From the NCBI GenBank assembly GCA_030697705.1, contig JAUYPE010000005.1, positions 602-64,601 of the forward strand: a DNA stretch of 64,000 nt. The letters are read 5' to 3'. This DNA comes from a bacterium (lineage in GTDB: Bacteria > Patescibacteriota > Minisyncoccia > Sungbacterales > HO2-52-23). A program made the position numbers and the translations under genes. Below the pieces are notes generated by a model, which had not been told where the DNA came from, ran no database searches, and was given only the letters and a program-made list of their open reading frames with translations. Shown here in pieces: positions 28,412-39,502 of the stretch (the stretch's first letter is position 1; every line of letters begins with the position of its first letter).

Positions 28412-28885
28412 TTGATGCGCCTTAAACCCATGCCACATCTCCATGAATTAATTGATTTTACGGTGGCGGCGTTTGTAGTGTATGACCGCCGCGTTGTTTT
28501 GGTTTTTCACAAAAAACTGCAGAAGTGGCTCCCGCTCGGCGGGCATATTGAGCTTGACGAAGATCCCGAACAGGCGCTTTTTCGCGAGGTTCGGGAAGAA
28601 AGCGGACTGGAAATCGAGGTCATGGCGGAGAAGCCCAACGTTTCCTTTGCGGGAAAGAAATTCCTCTACCCGCCGAGCTTTTTGGATATCCATCCCATTA
28701 CCGCAACGCACCGCCACATCGGACTGGTGTATTTTGCTCGTGCACAATCGGATCGTCTTGTCCTTGCCGTCGACGAACATGACGCTATTCGTTGGTTTAC
28801 GGAAAGCGAGCTTGCCGATCCCGTATTCAACGTACCCGACGATATCCGGTTTTATGCCCGTGAGGCGCTACAGCGCGTCAAGTGA
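28412..28885 (+). CDS. NUDIX hydrolase
   Basis: Nudix box GGHIELDEDPEQALFREVREESGL. Confidence 0.8.
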   Translation: MMRLKPMPHLHELIDFTVAAFVVYDRRVVLVFHKKLQKWLPLGGHIELDEDPEQALFREVREESGLEIEVMAEKPNVSFAGKKFLYPPSFLDIHPITATHRHIGLVYFARAQSDRLVLAVDEHDAIRWFTESELADPVFNVPDDIRFYAREALQRVK

Positions 28886-29000
28886 AAAAATAATACTGGA
28901 AAAATTAAAAGCGGGGGATATGATTCGTATCGGCGCACCCTCGCGGTTATTGGCGCGGATCGTATCGGAAGTGCGTGTAATTATAGTCACTCGTACGCTC

Positions 29001-31025
29001 CTATCCTTCTTTCTCATCCACTTCCTCGGTATTCTCCAAGGATTCGTCTTTCTCACTTTCCCGCTCGTCGCGCTCCTCGTCGTTTAAGAATCCGCCCGCC
29101 TGAATGCTCCAAAGCTTTTGGTAGAGTCCGCCGTGCCGGAGCAATTCCTGATGTGTTCCGTCGGCGACCAGGGTGCCGTCTTCCAGAACGACAATGCGAT
29201 CCATTCTCATAATAGTGGAGAGGCGATGAGCGATAACGACGACCGTCTTGCCGCGCATGAGTTCAGCGAGCGCATCTTGAATAAGCGTCTCCGATTCGGA
29301 ATCCAAGCTTGAGGTTGCCTCATCCAATACGAGGATAGGTGCGTTCTTAAGTATGGCACGGGCAATCGCCACGCGCTGGCGCTCGCCGCCGGAGAGTTTG
29401 ACACCCCGCTCGCCGACGAACGTCTCATAACCTTCGGGAAGGCGGGCGATGAACTCATGGCAGTGCGCGCGTCGCGCCGCATCCATAATCTCTTCGTCAC
29501 TCGCCTCGCGGCGGCCATAGCGGATATTTTCTTTGAGCGAACGGTGAAAGAGTACCGGTTCTTGGGGCACGAACGAGACGGTATTGCGTACACTCTCCTG
29601 CGTAACGGCGGCGATATCTTGTCCGTCAATCTCAATCCTGCCGTGGGGGATATTGTAGAGGCGGAGGAGCAGTTTTGTCACCGTTGACTTGCCAGCACCC
29701 GACGGACCGACAAGGGCGACTTTCTCTCCCGCGCGAATCGTGAATGTAAAATGCTCAAGCACGGGGCGCTCGGCGTGGAAATAAAAATCAACATCCCGAA
29801 ACGCAATCTCGCCCGCGCCGACGACAAGTGCTTGAGCGTGCGGTGCATCGGCAACCTCGTGCGGCGTCTCCAGCATGCCGACCATCTCGCTTGCGTCGGC
29901 GAACGCATCGTAAAACCTTCGCAATTCGCGGTTGATGCTGATAAGCCGGTCAATCGTTATGATCAGGTATGACTGAATAAGAACAAAGTCGCCGATGGTG
30001 AGGAGTCCGCGCCGCCAAAATACCATGGCGCCGTACAACAGGGCGACATTGATGGCGATCATGAAGATGCCGAGTGCCGCCCAAATGAGCTCATCCGCAT
30101 TCCATGAGCGAATCGTCGCCGCACGCCAACGCTCCACGGCATCGCCCAGTCGCCGGCGTTCGTGCCGTGCACCGGAAAAAAATAAGATGCTCATGTGGTT
30201 TGCAATCGCGTCCGAGAGCGTGCCAGTGACTTTACTGTCCTCCTCGGCACGGGCGACGCGAAGCGGTTGGCGCAAACGCGAGACGAAAACTTGAAAGGCG
30301 ACGAAACAGACGACCCATACGCCGAACATGATGCCGAGGGTATGATTCCGCACAAAAAGAATGCTGACCGCGCCAGTGACATACAAGAATGTGGGAAAAA
30401 ACTGAAGCATGAAGCAGTCGAACATTCCCTCAAATGCGCGGACGAATTTATTGACGCGATGCACGAGCGAGCCGGTAAAATGCGAGATGAAAAAATTATA
30501 TGAATGGCCGACGAGATATTCAAACGCGGTTGCAAAAAGATCCGCCATGACATGCGACTCCAGATGCACAATACTGAACGTCTGTATGCGCCGCGCCGCC
30601 CAGCCGGCAAGCGAGATGAGGGCAATCGTGCCGATAATCACAACCAATTCGTATCCCATGGTCGCATTCGGTGTGCGGCTTGCGAGGATATCGAAAAAAC
30701 GCCGCAAATAAAGCGGTGAAGCCAAATCGGCTACCTGTAGAGCGATTGAGCCAGAAAGGAGCGAGAAAAATAGCCATGGATACTTGCGTGTATGGCGATA
30801 ATAAACTTTGAACACCGACCCTGCACCGCTTTTATAGCGAGGTGATAGCATACGGCGGAGCATAGCACATTTTGATGGTATGTATGTAATGGTTGGTAGC
30901 CGCATCCCGATCAGGAAAAGAATGACGAGAAAAATTAATTTTGAACGCCAGCCGACTGCGTCTTGACAGGGGAATAGGGATTGGAGTACACTAGGGGCAC
31001 TGAAGGAAAGGGTGTCATGGGACAT
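29001..31025 (-). CDS. ABC exporter, fused permease + ATPase (MsbA-like), acidic C-terminal tail
   Basis: 6-TM N-domain; Walker A GPSGAGKST; LSGGERQRVAIARA; Walker B ILVLDEATSSLD. Confidence 0.9.
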   Translation of the reverse strand: MSHDTLSFSAPSVLQSLFPCQDAVGWRSKLIFLVILFLIGMRLPTITYIPSKCAMLRRMLSPRYKSGAGSVFKVYYRHTRKYPWLFFSLLSGSIALQVADLASPLYLRRFFDILASRTPNATMGYELVVIIGTIALISLAGWAARRIQTFSIVHLESHVMADLFATAFEYLVGHSYNFFISHFTGSLVHRVNKFVRAFEGMFDCFMLQFFPTFLYVTGAVSILFVRNHTLGIMFGVWVVCFVAFQVFVSRLRQPLRVARAEEDSKVTGTLSDAIANHMSILFFSGARHERRRLGDAVERWRAATIRSWNADELIWAALGIFMIAINVALLYGAMVFWRRGLLTIGDFVLIQSYLIITIDRLISINRELRRFYDAFADASEMVGMLETPHEVADAPHAQALVVGAGEIAFRDVDFYFHAERPVLEHFTFTIRAGEKVALVGPSGAGKSTVTKLLLRLYNIPHGRIEIDGQDIAAVTQESVRNTVSFVPQEPVLFHRSLKENIRYGRREASDEEIMDAARRAHCHEFIARLPEGYETFVGERGVKLSGGERQRVAIARAILKNAPILVLDEATSSLDSESETLIQDALAELMRGKTVVVIAHRLSTIMRMDRIVVLEDGTLVADGTHQELLRHGGLYQKLWSIQAGGFLNDEERDERESEKDESLENTEEVDEKEG

Positions 31026-31190
31026 CCATGCGGTTCTGGTGGGGTTAGGCGGTAACTATTCCGATAACTGAACCACTATTTGCGTACTTAGCCAGTAATC
31101 GCAAAATTTGTTTGTCACCCCTAGAAAGCATAGGGTTTTTGTTGTTTTATTTTTTTGGGGAAACAGTACAGTAGTATATTTTCATAGCGA

Positions 31191-31312
31191 TAATCATTGC
31201 GAGCGAGGCGATAAGGAAGCGATTCGGTACGCGTAGTTAAAAGCTATAGGTTGCTTCATCCCGCCACGCTACCGCTCGCGGCTAAGGGATCACTCGCTTC
31301 TCGCAATGATTA
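31191..31312. repeat. ~120-bp imperfect palindrome in the rpoB leader with terminal arms AATCATTGCGAGCGAGGCGATAAGG / CCCTTATCACTCGCTTCTCGCAATGATT; diverged member of the GTCATTCCGAG family
   Basis: Arm sequence ATCATTGCGAG-AAGCGAGTGATCCC vs family half-site GTCATTCCGAGTGAAGCGAGGAATCCC. Confidence 0.55.
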
Positions 31313-31431
31313 AAGAAGGCGAAAACATTGGTCGCAAGGGCGAAGAAGTACGCAGAGCAAAAGAGGTTGTTTATAAACCGTGACCAAAAGACCATTTTTC
31401 TCTCTCATTATCCACTAAACCAAAAGGCGCC

Positions 31432-34400
31432 ATGGAGAAAAAATACTTTTCACGCTATCGTTCGGCGTTGGTAGAGCTTCCGCCACTGGTGGAGGCGCAA
31501 GTCAATTCATACGCATGGTTTTTTACGCGGGGACTCCGCGAGCTTTTTGCCGAGGTCTCGCCGATTAAGGATTTCGGCGGTAGCGAACTCTTTTTGGAAT
31601 TTATTGATTTTTCCCTGGATGATCCGAAATACGACGAGTTCAAGGCCCGGGAGCTCAACGCTTCATTTGAAGCGCCGCTTCGCGTGCGTGCGCGTTTGAC
31701 CAATAAAAAAACGGGTGAGATAAAAGAACAAGAAATTTACCTTGGTGAATTTCCCATTATGACGCCGCGGGGGACTTTTATCGTCAACGGTGTGGAGCGT
31801 GTTGTCGTCTCGCAGCTCATTCGCTCTTCGGGCGTGTATTTTACGAGCTCCATGGCGCGCGGCAAGAAATACTTCGGTGCCAAAATCATTCCCAATCGCG
31901 GCGCATGGCTTGAATTTGAAACCGACGCCGACGGGGTATTGCAGGTAAAAATCGACCGCAAACGCAAGATTCCCGCGTCAGCCCTCTTGCGGGTTTTCGG
32001 CATGGAGAAAGATGAGGCGATTTTAGCCAAGATGCCGAATGCCATGATCGGTGACGTGAACGCCGTTGCCAAAACGCTTGAACGGGATCCGTCAAAAACG
32101 CGCGACGAGGCGTTCATTGAGATTTACAAGCGTATTCGTCCGGGCGACCTCGCAACGGTGGACAATGCGCGTACGCTTATCCAGTCGCTTTTCAGCTTTG
32201 ACCGGTATGATCTTGCCGAAGTGGGGCGGTATAAGTTTAACCAGCGATTGGGTCTTCCTTTGCCTGAGCATTTAGCGCACTCGTCGTTTGTGCACGGCGG
32301 GGAGGTGGTTGATGCCGAGGCGAAAGCCATACGAGCGGTGGGGACGCTCGACCGCTCAACACGTATCTTAAGCGCTGATGATATTTGCGCAGTGCTTGGT
32401 GAAATTGTGCGGTTAAACAATATCGGTGATGCGCCGGCAGACGACATTGACCACTTGGGCAACCGTCGCGTGCGCGGTGTGGGCGAGATGTTGCAAAACA
32501 AGCTTCGCATCGGCATGACGCGGATGGCGCGCATTATCCGCGACCGGATGTCCACGCTTGATCCCTTTACCATTACGCCGGCACAGCTCATTAACGCGCG
32601 GCCCTTTATGGCTTCGGTTAAAGAATTTTTCACCTCATCCCAGCTTTCGCAATTCATGGACCAGGTGAATCCGCTTTCAGAACTTGAACACAAGCGTCGT
32701 CTCTCGGCGATGGGACCGGGCGGACTTCAGCGCGAGCGCGCGGGCTTTGAGGTGCGCGACGTGCATCCTTCGCACTATGGTCGCATCTGTCCGATTGAAA
32801 CTCCGGAGGGTCCGAACATCGGTCTCGTCGGTCACTTGGCGTCGTATGCGCGATTGAACGAACTCGGTTTGATTGAAACGCCGTATATCGTCGTCAAGGA
32901 CGGGCGCGTGACGAAAGAAGTCAAATATCTGAATGCCGTTTCGGAAGTTAAACACAATATCGCCCATGCGGGCGTGGCAGTGGACGCACACGGCATGATC
33001 GTGGAGGATCGTGTGGAGGCGCGCATCGAGGGTAATCCCGGTATCGTGCGTCGCGAGGAGGTGCATTATATGGATGTTTCGTGCCAACAGCCCATTAGTA
33101 TCGCGACGAGCTTGATTCCCTTTCTTGAGCATGACGACGCGAATCGCGCACTGATGGGTTCTAACATGCAACGACAGGCGGTACCGTGTGTTCGCGCGCG
33201 TGCGCCGTTGGTGTCCACTGGCATTGAGTCTCGTGCGGCGCGGGATTCGGGGCGCGTTACCCTTGCCGAAGAAGAAGGTATTATTGAAGAAGTTGATCCG
33301 AATCACATTTCCATTAAAGAAAAATCAGGCAAGATGAAGGACTATCCCTTGGTATCGTTCTTGCGCACAAATGCGTTTACCGTTATCCGCCAGAAGCCGA
33401 TCGTGCGTCCCGGGCAGAAGGTGAAAAAGGGTGATGCGCTTGCCGACAGTTCATCCACCGACGGGGGTGATTTGGCGCTGGGGCAAAATATTCTCGTCGC
33501 GTTTTTGTCATGGTTCGGAAGCAACTACGAGGACGCGATCATCATCTCCGAGAAATTATTAAAAGACGACCGGTATACCTCAATCCACATTGAGGATTTT
33601 ACGATTGATGTACGCGATACGAAATTGGGTCCTGAAGTAACGACGCCCGATATTCCCAATGTCGGTGAGGAAAAGTTAAAAAATCTTGACGAAGACGGCG
33701 TCGTCGCCATCGGCGCGGAGGTGCGCTCGGGAGATATTCTTGTGGGAAAAATTTCGCCCAAAGGCGAGTCCGATCTCACGCCGGAAGAAAAACTCTTGCG
33801 CGCGATTTTCGGCGAAAAGGCGCGGGATGTCAAAGATACTTCTTTGCGCGTGCCACACGGTAAGCGCGGCCGTATTGTCGGTGTGCGCGTGTTTTCTCGC
33901 GAGCGGGGGGATAAACTGGACGCAGGCGTTATCAAGCAAATTCAGATTGATATTGCCCAGATGCGTAAAATTGCGGTAGGCGACAAGCTCGCGGGGCGCC
34001 ACGGCAACAAAGGCGTTATCGCAAAAATCTTGCCGGAAGAAGATATGCCCCATTTGGAGGATGGCACGCCGGTGGAGATGATTTTAAACCCTCTCGGTGT
34101 CGCTTCGCGTATGAACTTGGGGCAGATTCTTGAGACGCATCTTGGATGGGCGGCTAGTAAACTTGGCTATCGTGCGATTACGCCAGCGCTCGCGGGTGTC
34201 ATGGAGGAGGAAATCAAAAAAGAACTTGAACGTGCGGGGCTCCCCGGAGACGGCAAGGTCGCTCTTTACGACGGTAGAACAGGAGAGCGATTCGGAGAAA
34301 AAATTACTGTCGGCTACTCGTATATCATGAAGCTCATTCACCTTGTGGAGGACAAGATTCACATGCGCTCTATTGGGCCCTATTCGCTTATTACCCAACA

Positions 34401-34761
34401 GCCGCTCGGAGGCAAGGCGCAATTCGGCGGCCAGCGCTTCGGCGAGATGGAGGTCTGGGCGCTTGAGGGATACGGCGCGGCGTATACCTTGCAGGAAATG
34501 CTTACGATTAAGTCCGACGATGTGATGGGGCGTTCTTCAACCTACGAATCAATCATCAACGGCGAAAAAATCAAGACACCCAATATCCCCGCATCGTTTA
34601 ATGTCCTCGTGAATGAATTAAAAGGTCTTGCGTTCAAAGTTGAGTTGATGAAGACGGATGAGGCACTGGTCGAAGCCGAGGCGGAGGAGGAGGAGAGAAA
34701 ATCAAGACCCGCCGTCATACCGATGCAGAAGGTCGTGCGTGAGCGGGTGAAGATGGGATGA
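31432..34761 (+). CDS. rpoB: DNA-directed RNA polymerase subunit beta
   Basis: 1109 aa; conserved blocks ([30 protein letters not shown], etc.). Confidence 0.97.
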   Translation: MEKKYFSRYRSALVELPPLVEAQVNSYAWFFTRGLRELFAEVSPIKDFGGSELFLEFIDFSLDDPKYDEFKARELNASFEAPLRVRARLTNKKTGEIKEQEIYLGEFPIMTPRGTFIVNGVERVVVSQLIRSSGVYFTSSMARGKKYFGAKIIPNRGAWLEFETDADGVLQVKIDRKRKIPASALLRVFGMEKDEAILAKMPNAMIGDVNAVAKTLERDPSKTRDEAFIEIYKRIRPGDLATVDNARTLIQSLFSFDRYDLAEVGRYKFNQRLGLPLPEHLAHSSFVHGGEVVDAEAKAIRAVGTLDRSTRILSADDICAVLGEIVRLNNIGDAPADDIDHLGNRRVRGVGEMLQNKLRIGMTRMARIIRDRMSTLDPFTITPAQLINARPFMASVKEFFTSSQLSQFMDQVNPLSELEHKRRLSAMGPGGLQRERAGFEVRDVHPSHYGRICPIETPEGPNIGLVGHLASYARLNELGLIETPYIVVKDGRVTKEVKYLNAVSEVKHNIAHAGVAVDAHGMIVEDRVEARIEGNPGIVRREEVHYMDVSCQQPISIATSLIPFLEHDDANRALMGSNMQRQAVPCVRARAPLVSTGIESRAARDSGRVTLAEEEGIIEEVDPNHISIKEKSGKMKDYPLVSFLRTNAFTVIRQKPIVRPGQKVKKGDALADSSSTDGGDLALGQNILVAFLSWFGSNYEDAIIISEKLLKDDRYTSIHIEDFTIDVRDTKLGPEVTTPDIPNVGEEKLKNLDEDGVVAIGAEVRSGDILVGKISPKGESDLTPEEKLLRAIFGEKARDVKDTSLRVPHGKRGRIVGVRVFSRERGDKLDAGVIKQIQIDIAQMRKIAVGDKLAGRHGNKGVIAKILPEEDMPHLEDGTPVEMILNPLGVASRMNLGQILETHLGWAASKLGYRAITPALAGVMEEEIKKELERAGLPGDGKVALYDGRTGERFGEKITVGYSYIMKLIHLVEDKIHMRSIGPYSLITQQPLGGKAQFGGQRFGEMEVWALEGYGAAYTLQEMLTIKSDDVMGRSSTYESIINGEKIKTPNIPASFNVLVNELKGLAFKVELMKTDEALVEAEAEEEERKSRPAVIPMQKVVRERVKMG

Positions 34762-34785
34762 CCAACCCTGGGCTGGTCATCCCCG

Positions 34786-34920
34786 CGAAGGGGGATATCC
34801 AGTCATTCTGTATATATTGAACATTAGCGTGATTCCTCCCTCACGGGACGCCTACTGGCAGTCGCTCTGCTCGCCCGGACGACCCAGTCGGACGGGCTCG
34901 GAATGACGGCATGAGGAGGG
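34786..34920. repeat. intergenic element of the GTCATTCCGAG family between rpoB and rpoC (copy C; shares module GAGCGACTGCCAGTAGGCGTCCCGTGAGGGA with copy A)
   Basis: Degenerate plus-orientation half-site at 34802-34850 and minus-orientation half-site at 34894-34909. Confidence 0.6.
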
Positions 34921-34950
34921 GCAACTGCCTAAGTCCTACTCAAAATACCT

Positions 34951-37900
34951 ATGGAACAAACATCACTGACAGATTTTAACGCGATCGTACTGCGACTCGC
35001 CTCGCCCGAGGATATTTTGTCGTGGTCGCACGGCGAGGTGACGAAGCCGGATACGATTAACTATAGAACTGCCAAGCCGGAACGCGAAGGTTTGTTTGAC
35101 GAGAAGATATTCGGGCCTACCAAGGACTGGGAGTGCTACTGCGGAAAGTATCGCCGTATCCGGTATAAGGGAATCGTATGTGACAAGTGCGGCGTGGAGG
35201 TGACACGCGCCATCGTCCGCCGCGAGCGGATGGGGCATATTTCGCTTGCCGCGCCCGTTTCGCATATTTGGTTTTTGCGCGGCATTCCTTCGCGCATCGG
35301 TCTTATGCTTGACATGTCGGTTGGCGAGCTTGAGAAAGTGGTCTACTTCGCCGGCTATATTATTACGAAAATTGATGAAAGTGCACGCATTCAAAGTTTG
35401 GAAGAGATAGAGCGCGAGTTTAAATCAAAGGCGAAGGAACTTGACGGCAAGGAGCTTGAACAATTAAAAGAAGCAAAAGATAAGATCAAGGATGATTTGC
35501 GCGGATTGCGGCTTTATAGCGTTATCTCTGAAATAGAATACCACCGCCTTTCCAAAAAATTCGGCGAGGTATTTGAGGCGGCGATCGGTGCGGAGGCGAT
35601 TCGCAAGATTCTGGAAAACACAAATCTGGAGGAGCTCAGAAACCGCCTGGAACTGGAAATACAAAACCAATCGCCCATCGCTGAGAAAAAAACGGCGCGT
35701 CGCATTCAAATAATCAAAGGAATGATCAATGCCAATATCCGTCCGGAGTGGATGTTTCTGACGCACATTCCGATTATTCCTCCCGATCTGCGGCCGATGG
35801 TGCAACTGGACGGCGGGCGCTATGCGACCTCGGACTTAAACGATCTCTATCGCCGTGTTATTAATCGCAATAATCGCTTGAAGCGCTTAAATGAACTCCA
35901 CGCGCCGGAGGTTATTACGCGCAATGAAAAACGCATGTTGCAGGAGGCGGTGGACGCATTAAACGACAACTCCATTCGCCGCGGCTCATCTCCTGTCGCC
36001 TCGCAGGTACAGCGCCGACCGCTCAAGTCGCTTGCCGATATTCTCAAAGGCAAGCAGGGGCGCTTCCGTCAGAACTTACTTGGCAAGCGCGTGGACTACT
36101 CCGGGCGCTCGGTCATCGTCGTGGGACCTGATTTACAGCTTCACCAGTGCGGCATCCCAAAAAAAATGGCACTGGAATTATTCAAGCCATTCGTCATCCG
36201 TCGCCTTATTGAGCGCGAAATTGCGCATAATATCCGCGGTGCGGGCAAGATGATCGAGGATCAAGATCCGGTGGTATGGGAGAGTTTGGAGGAGGTTATT
36301 CAGGGCCGTTGCGTTCTACTCAACCGCGCTCCCACCCTTCACCGTCTGGGTATCCAGGCATTCCAGCCCGTGCTGATTGAAGGTGATGCTATTCAGATCC
36401 ACCCACTCGTATGTCCCGCATTTAACGCCGATTTTGACGGCGACCAGATGGCCGTTCACTTGCCGTTGACTGACGAAGCGCAACGCGAAGCGCATGAGAT
36501 TATGCTCTCGTCAAAAAATCTCCTCAAACCGGCAACGGGAGATCCCATTGTGGATCCGACCAAAGATATCGTACTCGGCTGTTATTATGCCACGCTCATC
36601 ACGGAGGGCGCAACGGGGGAGGGGAAGGTATTCGCTTCCAAGGAAGATGCTTTTCTGGCGCACGAGTGTGGCGTGGTGCATCTGCAGGCGCGGATTAAAG
36701 TCCGCGTGTCTAAGGCGAAACTTGCCGGCGAAATGGAGAAAAAATCAAAACGTGTTACTCTGGAAATGCCCAGAAATCTTGGGATGATTGAAACGACGGT
36801 CGGGCGCCTGCTCTTTAATCATGTGCTTCCCGTTGATTTTCCTTTTGTAAACCAACTGCTCAAGAGCCGTGATCTCGCAGAAATAGTAACGCGCATTATC
36901 AAGCGCTACGGCATCGCCGGCACGCCGCCGATTTTGGACAGTATTAAAAAATTCGGCTTCGCCTACGCGTCGTATTCAGGATTTTCGTGGGGCATGGACG
37001 ACCTGAACATTCCCACCGAGAAGCGCGGTCTTATTGATGAGGCGGAAAAAGAAGTTGAGACGATTCTTGACCAGTATGCGCGGGGACTGCTTACCGAGCG
37101 CGAGCGTTACGACCGCGTCGTGGAGGTGTGGGAGGAGGTGGTCAACAAAGTGACGAAGCTTGTTCCTAAGGTGCTTGATCCCAAGGGGCCGATTTTCAGC
37201 ATGGTTGACTCCCGTGCGCGCGGTTCATGGGGGCAAATTCGCCAGATGTCGGGCATGAAGGGACTGGTGGTAAATCCGGCAGGCCGCGTTATTGAACTGC
37301 CCGTGTTGTCTTCATACAAAGAGGGTTTAAATGTGCTTGAGTATTTCATCTCCACGCACGGTGCGCGTAAAGGAACGGCCGACACAGCGCTCCGCACATC
37401 AGCTGCAGGATATCTGACGCGCCGGCTGGTGGATGTGGCGCAGGACATGATTGTCATTGAAGGCGAATGTCGGACTAAAATGGGACTGGAACTCACACGC
37501 AAAGAATCGGAAGAAATCAACAAAACGCTCGGCGCGCGCGCCTTCAGCCGCGTGTTATTTGAGGATGCGAAAAATGCCAAGGGCGAGGTGGTGCTCAAAA
37601 AAGGCGAGGCGATAGACCATGAGAATGCGAAAAAAATTGAGGAGCACAAAATAGAACGGTTGGTTATTCGTTCGCCGATTACCTGCCGGAGTATTAAGGG
37701 CGTCTGCCAGCAGTGCTATGGCTATGATCTGGGCAATAATATGATCGTGCGTTTGGGCGAGGCGGTCGGCGTGGTTGCCGCGCAGGCGATTGGCGAGCCG
37801 GGCACCCAGCTCACCATGCGTACCTTCCACATGGGAGGCGTCGCCGGAGGGACCGATATTACTGGCGGCTTGCCACGTGTGGATGAACTCTTTGAGGTGC

Positions 37901-38595
37901 GTCCGCCAAAAGGTAAGGCGGTGATGAGTGATGTAAACGGCGAGATTATAGACATTGCGGAATCAGGTCGCGAAAAGACCCTAAAAATCGCGCTTGAGCC
38001 GGACGAGAAAAAAACGGGTACTGGCAAAGATAAAGATTCACTTGAAAAAGAAATTAAAATTCCCGCGGGTTTGGGTCTGCTTGTCGCGCGCGGGGCGAAA
38101 CTTACCAAAGGTATGATTCTTACCGAGGGTCATGCGGACTTGCGCGAGCTCTTCAAATATGCCGGCAAGGAGGTGGTTGAGCGGTATATTATCAAAGAAG
38201 TACAGAAGATTTATTCCTTGCAGGGCGCACCTATTCACGATAAGCATGTGGAGACGATCGTGCGCCAGATGTTCTCGCGTGTGAGGATAAAAGACACGGG
38301 AGAGACGAGCTTCAGTTCCGGAGAGGTGGTGGAGAAGCGCGACTTCCGCACCGAGAATCGCGCCGCCATTCGCGCCGGCAAGAAACCGGCGACGGCGGTT
38401 CAGTTACTGCTTGGCATCAGCCGCGTGGCGCTCTCAACCTCAAGCTTTCTTTCAGCCGCATCGTTTCAGGAGACGGCGCGCGTATTAATTGAAGCATCCA
38501 TACGTGGACGCAGAGACGAACTTCGTGGCCTGAAGGAAAATGTCATCATCGGTCGCCTTATCCCCGCCGGTACGGGATATCGGAAGGGGATGTAA
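34951..38595 (+). CDS. rpoC: DNA-directed RNA polymerase subunit beta'
   Basis: 1214 aa; NADFDGDQMAVH catalytic motif, zinc-binding Cys. Confidence 0.97.
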   Translation: MEQTSLTDFNAIVLRLASPEDILSWSHGEVTKPDTINYRTAKPEREGLFDEKIFGPTKDWECYCGKYRRIRYKGIVCDKCGVEVTRAIVRRERMGHISLAAPVSHIWFLRGIPSRIGLMLDMSVGELEKVVYFAGYIITKIDESARIQSLEEIEREFKSKAKELDGKELEQLKEAKDKIKDDLRGLRLYSVISEIEYHRLSKKFGEVFEAAIGAEAIRKILENTNLEELRNRLELEIQNQSPIAEKKTARRIQIIKGMINANIRPEWMFLTHIPIIPPDLRPMVQLDGGRYATSDLNDLYRRVINRNNRLKRLNELHAPEVITRNEKRMLQEAVDALNDNSIRRGSSPVASQVQRRPLKSLADILKGKQGRFRQNLLGKRVDYSGRSVIVVGPDLQLHQCGIPKKMALELFKPFVIRRLIEREIAHNIRGAGKMIEDQDPVVWESLEEVIQGRCVLLNRAPTLHRLGIQAFQPVLIEGDAIQIHPLVCPAFNADFDGDQMAVHLPLTDEAQREAHEIMLSSKNLLKPATGDPIVDPTKDIVLGCYYATLITEGATGEGKVFASKEDAFLAHECGVVHLQARIKVRVSKAKLAGEMEKKSKRVTLEMPRNLGMIETTVGRLLFNHVLPVDFPFVNQLLKSRDLAEIVTRIIKRYGIAGTPPILDSIKKFGFAYASYSGFSWGMDDLNIPTEKRGLIDEAEKEVETILDQYARGLLTERERYDRVVEVWEEVVNKVTKLVPKVLDPKGPIFSMVDSRARGSWGQIRQMSGMKGLVVNPAGRVIELPVLSSYKEGLNVLEYFISTHGARKGTADTALRTSAAGYLTRRLVDVAQDMIVIEGECRTKMGLELTRKESEEINKTLGARAFSRVLFEDAKNAKGEVVLKKGEAIDHENAKKIEEHKIERLVIRSPITCRSIKGVCQQCYGYDLGNNMIVRLGEAVGVVAAQAIGEPGTQLTMRTFHMGGVAGGTDITGGLPRVDELFEVRPPKGKAVMSDVNGEIIDIAESGREKTLKIALEPDEKKTGTGKDKDSLEKEIKIPAGLGLLVARGAKLTKGMILTEGHADLRELFKYAGKEVVERYIIKEVQKIYSLQGAPIHDKHVETIVRQMFSRVRIKDTGETSFSSGEVVEKRDFRTENRAAIRAGKKPATAVQLLLGISRVALSTSSFLSAASFQETARVLIEASIRGRRDELRGLKENVIIGRLIPAGTGYRKGM

Positions 38596-38635
38596 GCGTT
38601 TGACAGGTTTAAATAAGGCACTATACTGCTCTCAT

Positions 38636-38848
38636 ATGGTAGTGAAGATGACAATTGAGAAACTTGCCGAGATGACGCGTGATGAATTTGGACATGTGAG
38701 AGGAGAAACGAAAGAAATGGGGCGATTGTTAAATGAGAAAATGGATGGTGGATTCATGGCGGTACGGCGAGAGATGCAGGAAAACACTCGTGCCATCCTT
38801 GCCGGATTGTCCGCCCAAGGCGGATCCGCCTTTGGCGGAAAAGCGTAG
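38636..38848 (+). CDS. small hypothetical protein (~70 aa)
   Basis: ORF after rpoC; start at ATG 38636. Confidence 0.3.
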   Translation: MVVKMTIEKLAEMTRDEFGHVRGETKEMGRLLNEKMDGGFMAVRREMQENTRAILAGLSAQGGSAFGGKA

Positions 38849-39075
38849 AATATGTAAAACTCCGCATGCGGATTGACTCATTGGAAACACGGATGGGCAA
38901 AGTTGAGCGGTTGGGAAAAAGATAGGAATATACCGCAAGATATCTACATAAAACGGCTTATTAAAGCTGTTCTATGATGTACTATTGACATAATTTATTA
39001 TTAGTGCTATCCTCTTATTATTCGTTGGGCCTAAATTCACCCCTAGAATTTTTTTCTTAACAGGAGGAACTGGAC

Positions 39076-39402
39076 ATGGAGACAGGTGAGTTCTTTTTAG
39101 ACGAAGTGCGAGAAGCTATGCGGTTTGAAAGGGTAGGTGACGAGATCAAAGCCAAACAGATTGAGATGGAGATTTATGAGTATTTTCAAGAGAAGGATGA
39201 AGTGCTCGGCATGAGTGTCCTGAACTATTTTGATCCGGAATTGTCCGATCACGATAATTGTTCCGGATTTGTCGCGACTCTTGAAGATGATCGCGAGAAA
39301 TATGAGAGGATGCTTAATGGGGAGGAGGAGTGGGACAGATCTGATCCGGTTGACATGATTGACAGGATCAACAAGTGGCTTAGATTTTTTTCTGAGCGCT
39401 AG
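39076..39402 (+). CDS. hypothetical acidic protein (108 aa)
   Basis: Good SD (ACAGGAGGAACTGGAC-ATG); highly acidic; no recognised domain. Confidence 0.5.
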   Translation: METGEFFLDEVREAMRFERVGDEIKAKQIEMEIYEYFQEKDEVLGMSVLNYFDPELSDHDNCSGFVATLEDDREKYERMLNGEEEWDRSDPVDMIDRINKWLRFFSER

Positions 39403-39433
39403 GATAGTGTTCCATGCATAGCTCACAATCTTA

Positions 39434-39466
39434 AGCGGCAGTGCTTTTTGCACTCGCCGCTTTTTC
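39434..39466 (+). terminator. hairpin AGCGGCAGTGC-TTTTTG-CACTCGCCGCT + TTTTT
   Basis: Direct reading. Confidence 0.5.
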
Positions 39467-39495
39467 TTGCCACAAAATGCGGTTTCGCGTACAAT
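39467..39495 (+). promoter_or_regulatory. sigma70-like promoter TTGCCA-17-TACAAT, immediately upstream of ftsK (near-leaderless)
   Basis: Hexamers with 17-nt spacing; the ATG lies 8 nt after the -10. Confidence 0.4.
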
Positions 39496-39502
39496 AGAGG
39501 AC